Positions 39,402 to 49,221 of a stretch of DNA of 64,000 bases are shown piece by piece. The stretch spans positions 100,533 through 164,532 of the forward strand of contig JBFXAH010000008.1 in NCBI GenBank assembly GCA_050184475.1. The letters run 5' to 3'. The position numbers and the translations under genes were made by a program. How positions within the stretch are numbered: position 1 is the stretch's first letter; every line of letters begins with the position of its first letter. Under the pieces are notes generated by a model. It saw only the letters and a list, made by a program, of their open reading frames with translations. It made no database searches and was not told the origin of the DNA. Origin of the DNA: Pirellulales bacterium. Lineage in GTDB: Bacteria; Planctomycetota; Planctomycetia; Pirellulales; JAEUIK01.

Positions 39402-39935
39402 TTAAATACCCGCCGCGTCGCTGAACTCCAGCAGCATGGCCTCCTGGCCGCGGACGTTGTCGGTCAACGAATACGTCCCCATGTACCGCAGCGGCGGCGT
39501 GTAGACGTGCAAAGTCACCAGGTCGGCCGTGCCGGCTTGCAAGTTCGAGACCTGGTGCAGGTCGTGATCCTCGCTGCCGATGACCGTCCCCACGGGGCAC
39601 TCTCTCGATCCGGTGGCCAAGACCAGCCCGTTGGCCGAGAACTCGAACTGCGTTTCGGTCATCGTCCCCCGCAGCACGCGGACTCCACAGCTCGAGCCCA
39701 GATGATCGTGGATGGGCGAGCGCTGCCCGTTGAGCCAGCAAAGCACCAGCAGGTTATACCACCGTCCGGAAGCGACGAGGTTGCGCGCGTAGTGCAACGG
39801 CGTGAACTGCACCCACTCGTGCAACTCGTCGCAATCGACCGCCAGGTCGCTGAGCCGGGTCGTCAGTTCTGCCAACGGAGCGCGATCGTCGAGGCGATCG
39901 AGGTACTCGATCAGGGGCGCAAGACAAGTGACCAT
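39402..39935 (-). CDS. Cysteine dioxygenase type I family
   Basis: YARN, SPIHDH, LH.V.N and LHVY.PP motifs; start at ATG 39935. Confidence 0.9.
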   Translation of the reverse strand: MVTCLAPLIEYLDRLDDRAPLAELTTRLSDLAVDCDELHEWVQFTPLHYARNLVASGRWYNLLVLCWLNGQRSPIHDHLGSSCGVRVLRGTMTETQFEFSANGLVLATGSRECPVGTVIGSEDHDLHQVSNLQAGTADLVTLHVYTPPLRYMGTYSLTDNVRGQEAMLLEFSDAAGI

Positions 39936-40124
39936 CGACGCAGTCCTCGCTGCCAGGCGTTCGCGGTAATCTGATCCTAACCCTGTCGGCGACGAACTCA
40001 AGCAATGCGCAAGTATAGTTGATCGAGGGGGCCGGCCCGTACAATAACAACGCCCCGGGTCTGCGGCACCGGCGCTTCCGGCGAGCTGGCAAAGGGGCAA
40101 GTTCTTTAGCGACGGCGGTATTTC

Positions 40125-40676
40125 GTGAAGTTAATGCTCTCGGCCGACGAACTGCGCGAGGGGGTCTCGCGCATGGCTGGCCACATCAACCGCCGCTACG
40201 AACGCCGCCCTCTGACGATTGTCGGAGTGTTGACCGGCAGCATCGTCTTGGTGGCCGACCTGATTCGCCAGCTCGAGATGCCGCTGCGGATCGTGCTCGT
40301 GCAAGCCCGCAGCTATCGCGGCCGCTCGACCGCTCCCGGTTCGCTCTATGTCGATGCCGGCGCGCTCGTCGACTTGCGCGGCCAAGACGTGTTGATCGTC
40401 GACGACATTTACGACACCGGGCGAACTCTTGAAGAATTGATCTCGCTGATCGACGCCACGAATCCTGCCTCGGTGCGCGTCGCCGTGCTGTTGCGCAAGC
40501 TGGGGCGTCAGCAGATTGTGATGGAGCCCGACTGGATCGGTTTCGATATCCCCGACGAGTTCGTCGTCGGCTACGGCTTGGACTACGACGACCTGTATCG
40601 CAATCTGCCCTATCTGGCAGCGCTCGAACCCGCGGATCTTCACAACCCCGCCGCCGACGGGGAGTCCCCCGCGTGA
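40125..40676 (+). CDS. hpt: Hypoxanthine phosphoribosyltransferase
   Basis: VLIVDDIYDTG.TL and FVVGYGLDY...YRNLP motifs. Confidence 0.93.
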   Translation: MKLMLSADELREGVSRMAGHINRRYERRPLTIVGVLTGSIVLVADLIRQLEMPLRIVLVQARSYRGRSTAPGSLYVDAGALVDLRGQDVLIVDDIYDTGRTLEELISLIDATNPASVRVAVLLRKLGRQQIVMEPDWIGFDIPDEFVVGYGLDYDDLYRNLPYLAALEPADLHNPAADGESPA

Positions 40677-41857
40677 GCAAGTTGCGCGTGGTGCTCGTGA
40701 CGCGCCGCTTCTGGCCGTTGGTGGGCGGGGCCGAGCGCGTGATGGCCAATCTGGCGACGTCGCTGGCCGAATCCGGCGTGGCGATCACGTTGCTCACCGC
40801 GCGCTGGGAGCGTGCCTGGCCTGCCGAAGTGATCCATCGCGGCGTCCGCGTGGTGCGGCTCGATCAGCCGGCCGTGCGTGGCTGGGGAACGCTCCGCTAC
40901 ATGCAGCGTCTGGCGCGCTGGCTCACGGAGCATCGCGCGAACTTCGATCTCGTCTATCTCTCGATGCTCAAGCACGACGCCTACGCCGCGCTGGGGGCCA
41001 GCCGAAAGGCAGGTTTCCCTGTGGTGCTGCGGGCCGAAGGGGCCGGCGCCACCGGCGACGTCGCCTGGCAGCGGAGCGGCCGTTTTGGCCGGCGCATCGC
41101 GGCGCGATGCCATCAGGCCAGCGCCTTGGTGGCGCCGAGTCGCGCGATTCAAGCCGAGCTGTTGGCCGCTGGATACGCGCGGGAGCGGATCAAGCTGATT
41201 CCCAACGCCGTGCCGATCGTGCCGCCGCGCGAAAGCGATGCCCGCGCCGAAGCGCGTGCCGCCTTGGCCGAAGCGCATCCGTTGCTCAACGTCCCTCGCG
41301 GTGCGCCGCTGGTCGTGTACACTGGCCGCCTGCACGCGGCCAAGGGCTTGTCCGATTTGATCGCGGCCTGGCGAACGATCGCCGAGCGCTGGCCGGCCGC
41401 CCGACTGTGGCTCGTCGGCGACGGACCGCACCGCCGCGCGTTGGCCGACGAGATCGAAGCCAGCCAGCTCGATGGCCGCGTGGTGCTCTGCGGAGCGTAC
41501 GACTCGGTTGACGATTTTCTGGCGGCGGCCGACTGCTTCGTGCTCCCGTCGCACGAAGAGGGGATGTCGTTGGCACTGCTAGAGGCCATGGCCGCCGGAC
41601 TGCCGGTCGTGGCCACTGATATTGCGGGGAATCAACAATTGGTTTGCTCCCAGCGCGACGGATTGCTCGTGCCCGTCGGCGACCCGGCCGCGCTGGGGGC
41701 CGCCATCGCGCGGGTGTTGTCCAATGCCGACCTGGCCGCCACGCTGGGCGCGGCCGCCCGACGTCGCGTCGTCGAGGAGTTCGCATTGGCGCCCTGGACG
41801 GCCCGGCACATCGCGTTGTTCGAGCGCGTGCTTGCCGCGCACCCCCTTGGTGGATGA
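40673..41857 (+). CDS. Glycosyltransferase family 4
   Basis: GGAE, GRL...KG and EGMSLALLEAMA motifs; overlaps the hpt stop. Confidence 0.9.
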   Translation: MSKLRVVLVTRRFWPLVGGAERVMANLATSLAESGVAITLLTARWERAWPAEVIHRGVRVVRLDQPAVRGWGTLRYMQRLARWLTEHRANFDLVYLSMLKHDAYAALGASRKAGFPVVLRAEGAGATGDVAWQRSGRFGRRIAARCHQASALVAPSRAIQAELLAAGYARERIKLIPNAVPIVPPRESDARAEARAALAEAHPLLNVPRGAPLVVYTGRLHAAKGLSDLIAAWRTIAERWPAARLWLVGDGPHRRALADEIEASQLDGRVVLCGAYDSVDDFLAAADCFVLPSHEEGMSLALLEAMAAGLPVVATDIAGNQQLVCSQRDGLLVPVGDPAALGAAIARVLSNADLAATLGAAARRRVVEEFALAPWTARHIALFERVLAAHPLGG

Positions 41858-41899
41858 CGATGTGATGGGTGATTTCGAGTTCGACAAAGCAACCGCGAC

Positions 41900-42997
41900 G
41901 TGAAACGCATCCTGCACATCATCCCCACGCTCGAACGTGGAGGCGCCGAAAAACAACTGGCGCTGCTCGCCCGCGGGCTGCCGCGCGACGAGTTCGACGT
42001 GCACGTTTGCGCGCTGACTCGTTCGGGGCCGTTATACGACGAACTCCGCGCCGCCGGCATCCCGGTAACCGTGATCGGCAAGCGCTGGAAATTCGATCCG
42101 CGCGCCTACCAGCAACTCGAAGCCCATGTCCGCCGACTGCGGCCCGGCCTGGTGCAGACGTGGCTGTTTGCCGCCAACAGCTATGGGCGGCTGGCCGCGC
42201 GGCGGGCCGGCGTGCCGTGCATCGTCGCCAGCGAGCGCTGCGTCGATCGTTGGAAAGTCTGGCATGAGCTGGCCATCGACCGCTGGCTGGCTCGCGACAC
42301 CGCGCGACTGGTCGTCAACTCGTCCGGCGTCAGCGAGTTCTACACTAAGCATGGGCTGCCGACCGAGAAGTTCGTCGTCATCCCCAATGGAGTCGAAACG
42401 GCACCGGCCAGCAACACCACCCGCGAGGAACTGTTGGCCGAACTGGGGCTTCCTGCAGGTTCGCGGTTGATCGGCGCCGTGGGTCGACTCTGGCCGCAAA
42501 AGCGCGTGAAGGATCTGATCTGGGCCGCCGACCTGTTGAAGGTCATTCGCCAGGACGTGCACGTCCTCGTCATCGGCGACGGTCCGCAGCGCGCACGGCT
42601 CGAGCGCTACCGCGAGGTGGTCCGCATCGCCGATCACGTGCACTTCCTCGGCGCTCGCGACGACGTGCCCCGATTGATGCCGCACTTCGATCTGTTGTGG
42701 CTGGCCAGCAGCTACGAGGGGTTGCCCAATTCGATTCTCGAAGCGATGGCCGCCGGCGTGCCGGTCGTGGCTTCCGACATTCCGGGCAATCGCGACCTGG
42801 TGGTGCCGGGCGAGACTGGCTTTCTGGTCCCCGTCGGCGACCGCGCGGCGCTGGCCACGCGGGCCAACGAGCTGTTGGACAATCCCCAGCGGGCGCGAAC
42901 CATGGGCGAAGCGGGCCGCCTCCGCGCGCTCGAGGAGTTCAGCGTGCCGCGAATGATCGAGCGGTTCGTCGCGCTCTATCGCGAGTTGCTTTGCTAG
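41900..42997 (+). CDS. Glycosyltransferase family 4
   Basis: GGAEKQL, GRLWPQKR and EGLPNSILEAMA motifs. Confidence 0.9.
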   Translation: MKRILHIIPTLERGGAEKQLALLARGLPRDEFDVHVCALTRSGPLYDELRAAGIPVTVIGKRWKFDPRAYQQLEAHVRRLRPGLVQTWLFAANSYGRLAARRAGVPCIVASERCVDRWKVWHELAIDRWLARDTARLVVNSSGVSEFYTKHGLPTEKFVVIPNGVETAPASNTTREELLAELGLPAGSRLIGAVGRLWPQKRVKDLIWAADLLKVIRQDVHVLVIGDGPQRARLERYREVVRIADHVHFLGARDDVPRLMPHFDLLWLASSYEGLPNSILEAMAAGVPVVASDIPGNRDLVVPGETGFLVPVGDRAALATRANELLDNPQRARTMGEAGRLRALEEFSVPRMIERFVALYRELLC

Positions 42998-43135
42998 GCT
43001 AGCAGCGATTTGCCACATTCCCGCGGGTGGCTTAGCATCATCGGTAGCCGTGGCGCGGATGTTGATCGCAGCGAGTCACCGCGATCGTCCGTTGCTCGCG
43101 GCAGGGCACTACGCTCACCGGGGAGGTCGTTGACG

Positions 43136-45670
43136 ATGCACTCCTTTATATCTGGGTTGTGGTCGCGCAGGCACGACTCGCGATATCTCTTGCCGGCGCT
43201 CCTCGCGATGACGCTCGCGGCGCTGGCCGGTTGCGGCGGCTCGAGCGAAACCGAGGCGCCACCGGCCGAACAGGCCGCGGCCCCCGCCCCGCCACCTCCG
43301 CCTCCACCGGTTGCCGTGCAGCCGGCGCCTCCTCCGCCCGAGCCGGCGTACACTCCGCCGCCGCCACCTCCGCCGAAGATCGAGCGCCCCACCGATGTCG
43401 CGCAGTGGAAGCCCGAAGACTTCCGCACAGCGAAGGAAGAAGACGACTATCGACTGCTCGACGCGGTGACGAAGCTGGCCGAAGCCAAGGTCGGCGATGA
43501 AGAGACAGCCCGGCTGTTCATCGAGCTGATTCGCTACGAGCCGGCGCCGCCACCCTCGACCGAGCCAGAGCCGGCGCCTGCAACAAGCGAACCGTCGCCC
43601 GCAACCGACCCGGCGGCGAGTCCCGCGGCCGATCCGAGCGCTCCGGCGACCGATGCTGCCGGTCCCCCGGCGGCAACGAATCCGGCGCCCAACAATCCGG
43701 GCGACGCGGCGGCTGCTGCTCCGGCCGCGACCGACCCAGCGACCGCGGCCACTCCACCGGCCCCCGCTGCCGTGCCAGCTCCACCTCCGCCGCCGCCGAA
43801 GCCGCCCAATCAGTCGCTCGTGACCACGCTCATCACGGCGCTGGCCGTTAACAAAAGCGGTGTAGCCGACGAAGCTCTGGCCGAACTGTTGCAGGAGAAA
43901 ATTCCCACCGGCATCAGCCCGCGAATTCTCTGCGAATCGATCGTGCGCGCGGTCGCCGCGGCCCCCTCGCCGGCGCACGGCGCACTGTTGCTCAAGGCCG
44001 TGATCGCGCCCGAGTCGCTACGTCCCGCGGCGGGCGAAGAGCCTAAGCCGACCACGAGCATCCCCGGCGTGCCGGTCGATTCGTATGGTGCCGACCAGTT
44101 GCGCGAAGCGGCGTTTCGCGAGGTGCGCGGCGTCTCGTCGCCGGCACTGCGCGTCAAGCTGGCCGAGCACTACGTGGCGGCTGCCGGCGATGCCAAATAT
44201 CGCGAAATGGTGCGCCCCTTGCTGATCGAGCAAAAGCCCGAGAATCTCGGTGGGCAGGTGATCCTGTTCACCGACGGGAATCTCGAGCCCGACGTCCGCA
44301 AGCAACTGCTGGTTTACTTCGCCGGCCAGGCAACGTTGGCCGTCGATCGCCTGCTGGGGATTCCGGCTGACTTCAAGCCCAAGCATCGCCCCGGGGGCGC
44401 CGTGGGCGGGTTGCCGCCAGGCTTGATGAACATCGGCATGCCGGGCACGTCGAACCTGACCGACGAAACGGCCGCCACCATCGCTCGTCACCTTTGGCAG
44501 CCCAAGCTGATCGATACGCTGAAGCGCGAGGCGCTCGATCGCCTGTTGGCCGGCAAGGCGGTCGATCCGACCGAGGCCGCCCCACTGTTGTTCTTCGCCT
44601 CGGCCATGCCGCTGGCCAGCGTGCGCTCGCAGCTCAACGGCTTCTTGCGCACCTTGGCCGACGAAGGGACCAAACAGATCGCGCTGGGCGGAAGCGTCGG
44701 CGAGCACGTGCACGACCCCGGTATGTTGATCGTCGTCAAGCAGATGCCGCGCAAGGAGGATCCCGCCAAGGTTCAGGAGCGCTCGGGCAAGACCGATCCC
44801 CGGCGACCGGGTCGTCCCGCCACACCTCCGAATCCCGCGGCCGTGCCCGACAAAGTACGGGCGTCGTATGAATGGATGCAAGCCAGCGAGGATTTCGTTG
44901 CCATCCTGATGGAGCGGTTCCACGCGGCGGCCACCAATCGCGAGCGCAAGACGGCGCACCTCGGAGTGCCGCGCGCCGAGCGCGATCGAGAAGTTGGTGT
45001 CGATCTCTTCGCCCGTTTGCAGCCGGCCGACGAACCGATTGTTGACGGACTGTTGGCCCGGAGCCTCCCGAGCGAATTCGCCTTCTGCGCCGCCGACGAC
45101 GAAGAGCCGGCCGACACGCCCGCCGACGATGCATTCGGCACTGCCGCCGCCGCAGCCAAGGAAGAGGCGGCCGCCGGCAATCCCGATTTGCAACTGACGT
45201 TTCATACCGAAGACGAGCCGACCGCGCGCTATCACTTGAATTGGCCGGCCGGCCTCGATCCCAAGCTGCAGGCGATGAAGCCGGGACCGCTGGTGATTCA
45301 CTACGTGCGGTTCGAGGAGAACAACCGACCGATCACGGTCGCCACGCACTACCTGCGGCAGCTCAAGGGGGCCAAGGCCCGGCTTTTGGACGACGGCCGC
45401 TGGGTCGACTATCTCGGGCCCGGATCGGCACCGCGACGTCTGCGCTCGGTCGACGTGACGGTCACGTTGCAACAATCGACGCCCGGCGCGCCGGTCGCGC
45501 CGCCGGCGGCCGGCCAAGCCACCAAGGCGAAAAATGCTCCGGAAGACATCGTCGTCGAGATTCTCTCGATCGAAATCCCGAATCCGGTTGCCGAGTCGAA
45601 GAAGCCGAAGACGCCGACGGGCGCGGCCGCGGATGACGATACCAAGCCCAAGGCCGACGTCTCGCCCTAG
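43136..45670 (+). CDS. Large Pro/Ala-rich hypothetical lipoprotein
   Basis: Hydrophobic stretch ending in a LAGC lipobox; poly-Pro linkers; long ORF; no recognised domain. Confidence 0.75.
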   Translation: MHSFISGLWSRRHDSRYLLPALLAMTLAALAGCGGSSETEAPPAEQAAAPAPPPPPPPVAVQPAPPPPEPAYTPPPPPPPKIERPTDVAQWKPEDFRTAKEEDDYRLLDAVTKLAEAKVGDEETARLFIELIRYEPAPPPSTEPEPAPATSEPSPATDPAASPAADPSAPATDAAGPPAATNPAPNNPGDAAAAAPAATDPATAATPPAPAAVPAPPPPPPKPPNQSLVTTLITALAVNKSGVADEALAELLQEKIPTGISPRILCESIVRAVAAAPSPAHGALLLKAVIAPESLRPAAGEEPKPTTSIPGVPVDSYGADQLREAAFREVRGVSSPALRVKLAEHYVAAAGDAKYREMVRPLLIEQKPENLGGQVILFTDGNLEPDVRKQLLVYFAGQATLAVDRLLGIPADFKPKHRPGGAVGGLPPGLMNIGMPGTSNLTDETAATIARHLWQPKLIDTLKREALDRLLAGKAVDPTEAAPLLFFASAMPLASVRSQLNGFLRTLADEGTKQIALGGSVGEHVHDPGMLIVVKQMPRKEDPAKVQERSGKTDPRRPGRPATPPNPAAVPDKVRASYEWMQASEDFVAILMERFHAAATNRERKTAHLGVPRAERDREVGVDLFARLQPADEPIVDGLLARSLPSEFAFCAADDEEPADTPADDAFGTAAAAAKEEAAAGNPDLQLTFHTEDEPTARYHLNWPAGLDPKLQAMKPGPLVIHYVRFEENNRPITVATHYLRQLKGAKARLLDDGRWVDYLGPGSAPRRLRSVDVTVTLQQSTPGAPVAPPAAGQATKAKNAPEDIVVEILSIEIPNPVAESKKPKTPTGAAADDDTKPKADVSP

Positions 45671-45718
45671 AGCGCGGCTATAAATCGCGATGATGCGTGG
45701 CGCCCGCCGGCGCTCTGA

Positions 45719-46729
45719 TTACCGCCGCGCCTGCATCGCTTCGGCGGCGTAGCGATTCGGGTCAGCCTTGAAAGCGTCGCGCGATTGTGCGCTGGAGAAA
45801 AGGAATACGCGCCCCTCGTAGAACATGCCGAACTCGCGGCGGCCGGGGACCGCTTGCCCCTGGTGCATGGCTACCACCGGATCGTCGCCGCCGGCGACCG
45901 GCGCATAACGATCGGGGTTCGCGAGAAAGTGATCGCGGGCCACGGCGGACGAGAACAAGTAGACCCGTCCGCGATGGATGGCGCCGAATTCCTGTTTGCC
46001 GCGCGTCCACAAATGCCGCTCGCAGAGGTCAACCGGGCAATAGCCCTCGAGCCCTGGCGCGGGTTGACCTGGCGGACCAGCTTGTGGCGCTGCGCCCGCC
46101 GGCGCTGCGGCGGCAGCCGCTTGGAAGGCGGCGCCCTGAACCGGCGCGCCCGGCTGCTGTGCCGGCGCCGGAGCGCTGTTCCAAGGAGCGACCATTCCGG
46201 TATCGTTCGCCGCTGGCGGCTGTGGGCCGGCGGCGGCCATTGGTTGTGGCGCGGCAACGGGTTGACCAGCCATGCCAGGCCCTGCTGCCGGATTCACTCT
46301 GCGCGCGGCCTGAGTCAAACGCGCCATGTGCGATTGCGGATCGTGAATGCCCTGCACGCGGTCGACGATTTGACCCGTGGGCGTGATGATCACTTCGGTC
46401 GGCAGCGCCGTCACGCCGTACTGCTGCAGAAGCTCGGGGTTGGCGTCGGAATTAATCTTCACCGGCACGTACATGCCGGAGAGTGCCTGGTGATAGCCGG
46501 GCTGCGCGTAGACTTCGTTTTCCATCTTCGTGCAGGCCGAGCACCAGGGAGCCCAGAAATGCACGAGCACCAGACGCCGCGACGAGTGGGCCGTTTGCTT
46601 GGCGGTTTCCAAGTCGGTCAGCCAAGGGCTCGTCGGTTCATCGGCGATGGCCGGCGCTGAGAGCATGACCACGGCCAGGCCGAAAACCGTTGCCAGAACC
46701 GTACGCGGGTGGGTGCCATGGATGGTCAT
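45719..46729 (-). CDS. Exported thioredoxin-family protein with C-terminal tandem YHS-like domains
   Basis: Signal peptide; WAPWCSAC; GYCPV...YLFSS...F.ANPDRY repeated twice. Confidence 0.85.
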   Translation of the reverse strand: MTIHGTHPRTVLATVFGLAVVMLSAPAIADEPTSPWLTDLETAKQTAHSSRRLVLVHFWAPWCSACTKMENEVYAQPGYHQALSGMYVPVKINSDANPELLQQYGVTALPTEVIITPTGQIVDRVQGIHDPQSHMARLTQAARRVNPAAGPGMAGQPVAAPQPMAAAGPQPPAANDTGMVAPWNSAPAPAQQPGAPVQGAAFQAAAAAAPAGAAPQAGPPGQPAPGLEGYCPVDLCERHLWTRGKQEFGAIHRGRVYLFSSAVARDHFLANPDRYAPVAGGDDPVVAMHQGQAVPGRREFGMFYEGRVFLFSSAQSRDAFKADPNRYAAEAMQARR

Positions 46730-46978
46730 CGTTCGACCCTCGACTGAATCAGATTGCTAGCGGTGGAATTCGGGCCGCGCGCGAACCCGGGTGGGGCGCT
46801 GGGGGCCACTCTTCTATCGGAAGTTGCGGGTCACTTAGGCTAGGAAAACTTTGCAGGTCGCAGCGATGGCAGCGGTCCCGCAACCGGGCGAGAAAAAACG
46901 AGCTAGCAATGGCCAGAGGGCCGATTTAGAATGTCGGCTAGGCCCGTGTGAGCGGGGGGATTTCTCCGCAACGACAGC

Positions 46979-47006
46979 TTGACACGGTGTGTGGGCAGGT
47001 TAAGAT
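46979..47006 (+). promoter_or_regulatory. Candidate sigma70-like promoter far upstream of rho
   Basis: TTGACA (46979) N16 TAAGAT (47001). Confidence 0.4.
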
Positions 47007-47791
47007 TCGCGTAGTTACCAACTTCCGCCCGGGCTCAAATTTGACCGTTTTGCCTGGTGCGGTGCTTGCATAGGCCCCTGGGTGAACCATTGGGCCGACG
47101 AACTCTCGATTGGTAGCACCGGCGGCCGCGATTTGATTGCGGTTCCAGAGCAGGGAACGCCGGGCATTCCAGCGGCTGACGAGTTGTCGGCGACCTCCTG
47201 TTAAGCGGACGCTTGAATCCGCCAGCAGCGAGGCAGGTTGCTGTGGGCCGCTCCGGGCGGTGTCAATCGCCGGGGGCAAAATCGCTTTCTACGGCCGGAA
47301 CCCGTTTCCGGCGTGCCGAATTTCGGATCCCGGCGCTGGATATGACTTTTTCGTCTCCTGGCTGCCTGTGGAGCGTCGCCGAATTCACTTCGGAGGCGCG
47401 ATACGCTCGCCGAGCACGCCCGTGGCTCGGCGCAAACAATATCTGGTGCTTTGCCCACGGCAACACTCAAGAATTCAGGCGACACCCAAGAATTCGGCTG
47501 TGACAAGGTACTAGTAGTCCGCGCCTGGCGCGCTCGCGAACTGAGATCGGCGGGCCCAGGCAGACCGCGTGCAGGTTGATGTGCTCTGCTGCTTGGCTTG
47601 AGGCAACCTCGCGCAATCGACGATTTTCGTGGTGATGCGAAACTCGTGGTCAGGCGGCCCATCGTGTGCGGCCGACTGCTCTGAGTAACGAACAAACCTG
47701 CCCCTGCACTTCGCATGGGCCACTGCCTGCGCAGGGCTTGGCGCTCGTCTGCGCCACGGTCGTGTCGGCGGTCATCTCTCCAGGTATCGGT

Positions 47792-49111
47792 ATGGGTAAG
47801 AAGAGAATGCGGCCCCGCCCTTATGGACGTCCCGGCGGGGGCCAAGGTGGCGGTCACGGTGGTCATGGTGGGGGCGGACGCGGACCGGCACGCGGCCGCG
47901 GTCGTCCGCGACCCAACTGGGAGAAGCAGGGGGACATTGGCGCCCCGGTCAGCGATACCGAGCCGGTGAGCGAGAACGGCGAGCCGGCTCCGCTCGAGGC
48001 CGCCAGCGGCGTGCTCGAACTGCACCCCAACGGCTACGGCTTCCTCCGCGACCCCAAGAACAACTACTCCCGCGAACGCACCGATCCGTTCGTTCCCGGC
48101 GCGATGATCGACAAGTTCCGCCTCCGCGAGGGACTGTTGATCAACGGCATGGTCCAGCACCATCGCAAGCAACAGGGGCCTCGGCTGCGCGAAATTCTCG
48201 ACATCGACGGTTGCGCGCCGGAGAACTATCCCAATATCAAGTCGTTCGACTCGCTCACGCCGATCAATCCCGAGAGCTGGCTGAAGCTCGAGACCGGCCA
48301 GAACCCGCTCAGCACGCGCGTGATGGATCTGCTCACCCCGCTGGGCAAAGGTCAGCGCGCGTTGATCGTCGCCCCCCCCCGCACCGGCAAGACGATCCTG
48401 CTGCAGCAGATCAGCCAGGCGATCTCGGAGAACTATCCGGGCGTCAAGCTGATCGTGCTGTTGATCGACGAGCGCCCCGAGGAGGTGACCGACTTCCGTC
48501 GCTCGACCACCGGCGAGGTCGTGGCCAGCAGCCTCGATCGCGACGTCGAAAGCCACGTGCGGCTCAGCCAGTTGATCATCGAACGCTGCAAGCGGCTGGT
48601 CGAATTGGGCAAAGACGTCTTCCTGTTGATGGATTCGATCACCCGCATGGCCCGCGCGTTCAACAAGTGGGTCGGCAATACGGGCCGCACCATGACCGGC
48701 GGTGTCGACGTCAAGGCGCTCGACATCCCCAAGAAGCTGTTCGCCACGGCCCGCGTCTTCGAAGAAGGGGGCTCGATCACCATCGTCGCCACGGCTCTGG
48801 TCGACACCGGCAGTCGCATGGACGAGCTGATCTTTCAAGAATTCAAGGGGACCGGCAACATGGAGCTGGTGCTCGACCGCAAGCTGGCCGACCGTCGCGT
48901 CTGGCCGGCGATCGACATCAGCCAGTCGGGCACGCGTCGCGAAGAGAAGTTGCTCGATGCCGACACGCTGCACGCCGTGACCATGTTACGACGCACGCTC
49001 AGCTCGATGCATCACGTCGACGCCATGGAGCAATTGACGTCGAAGCTCGGCAAGTTCAAATCGAACCGCGAGTTCGTCAAGCTCATCAGCGGCGCAGGCG
49101 CCCAAGAATGA
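47792..49111 (+). CDS. rho: Transcription termination factor Rho
   Basis: [43 protein letters not shown] and SGTRREE motifs; start at ATG 47792. Confidence 0.97.
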   Translation: MGKKRMRPRPYGRPGGGQGGGHGGHGGGGRGPARGRGRPRPNWEKQGDIGAPVSDTEPVSENGEPAPLEAASGVLELHPNGYGFLRDPKNNYSRERTDPFVPGAMIDKFRLREGLLINGMVQHHRKQQGPRLREILDIDGCAPENYPNIKSFDSLTPINPESWLKLETGQNPLSTRVMDLLTPLGKGQRALIVAPPRTGKTILLQQISQAISENYPGVKLIVLLIDERPEEVTDFRRSTTGEVVASSLDRDVESHVRLSQLIIERCKRLVELGKDVFLLMDSITRMARAFNKWVGNTGRTMTGGVDVKALDIPKKLFATARVFEEGGSITIVATALVDTGSRMDELIFQEFKGTGNMELVLDRKLADRRVWPAIDISQSGTRREEKLLDADTLHAVTMLRRTLSSMHHVDAMEQLTSKLGKFKSNREFVKLISGAGAQE

Positions 49112-49221
49112 GCGATCGCAGGGCGTCGCTCAGCGGTCGTTTGATCTGTTGAGTGGATTCGCCGAGCGGCGCGAGATAAGCTGATCGTACGACCACCCGT
49201 GTGCGATCGCGAGAGTTCTCG

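Noticed and set aside
35134-39741. 667-aa and 641-aa minus-strand ORFs
   Set aside because: Arg/Ala-rich shadow or alternate-frame ORFs over the acylase, FGE, sulfite oxidase and CDO genes.
46730-47791. tRNA, tmRNA, RNase P or known riboswitch in the long intergenic region
   Set aside because: No T-loop/cloverleaf or other family signature could be recognised by eye.
47201-48973. 590-aa minus-strand ORF
   Set aside because: Antisense shadow of rho.
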